A stretch of 64,000 nt of DNA from Euglena gracilis. Taxonomy: Eukaryota. Below are positions 63,904-64,000 of this stretch, piece by piece (position 1 is the stretch's first letter; each line of letters opens with the position of its first letter). The notes below the pieces were generated by a model that made no database searches, had not been told where the DNA came from, and saw only the letters and a list, made by a program, of their open reading frames with translations. The position numbers and the translations under genes are program-made. Location of the stretch: NCBI GenBank assembly GCA_039621445.1, contig CP154954.1:24254954-24318953 (forward strand), in the 5' to 3' direction.

Positions 63904-64000
63904 CAGGGGTTTTTTTAGTCGTGGACTCCCGGGGGGGGGCAGGGTGGGTGGGTCCGGCCGAGCCCCCCCCCCCCCCCCCCCCGGGGGGGGGTCCCTCAGA
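63904..64000 (+). mobile_element. Second copy of the 5881-6133 MITE, cut by the window end
   Basis: caggggttttttttagtcgtggac...gggtgggtccggccgagcccccc matches 5881-5945. Confidence 0.85.

Overview
This is repeat-rich eukaryotic nuclear DNA, most likely from a euglenid (Euglena-like). That assignment is an inference from short GC3-rich exons, pyrimidine-tract/CAG acceptors just upstream of start codons, and introns without GT-AG borders whose ends base-pair through CAG...CTG. No recognisable conserved protein, rRNA, tRNA or CRISPR array is visible, and most ORFs in the supplied track are artefacts of low-complexity repeats. I can hand-build about five small + strand gene models of unknown function; two begin with MGCA(T/S)SC, and two contain paired-end non-conventional introns. 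There are many MITEs, two with CAG starts and 7-8 bp target-site duplications (TSDs), and a 3.3 kb element with terminal inverted repeats (TIRs), a 5-bp TSD and many copies of an 18-bp palindrome. The main structure is a ~20 kb patchwork at 19.4-39.9 kb. It is built around a non-coding 1.4-2.1 kb mobile unit in precise head-to-tail and inverted arrays. The unit's ends carry a covarying hairpin and an asymmetric 11-bp inverted repeat. The block also holds circularly permuted duplications and a 19-bp palindromic satellite. All coordinates and alignments were done by eye.
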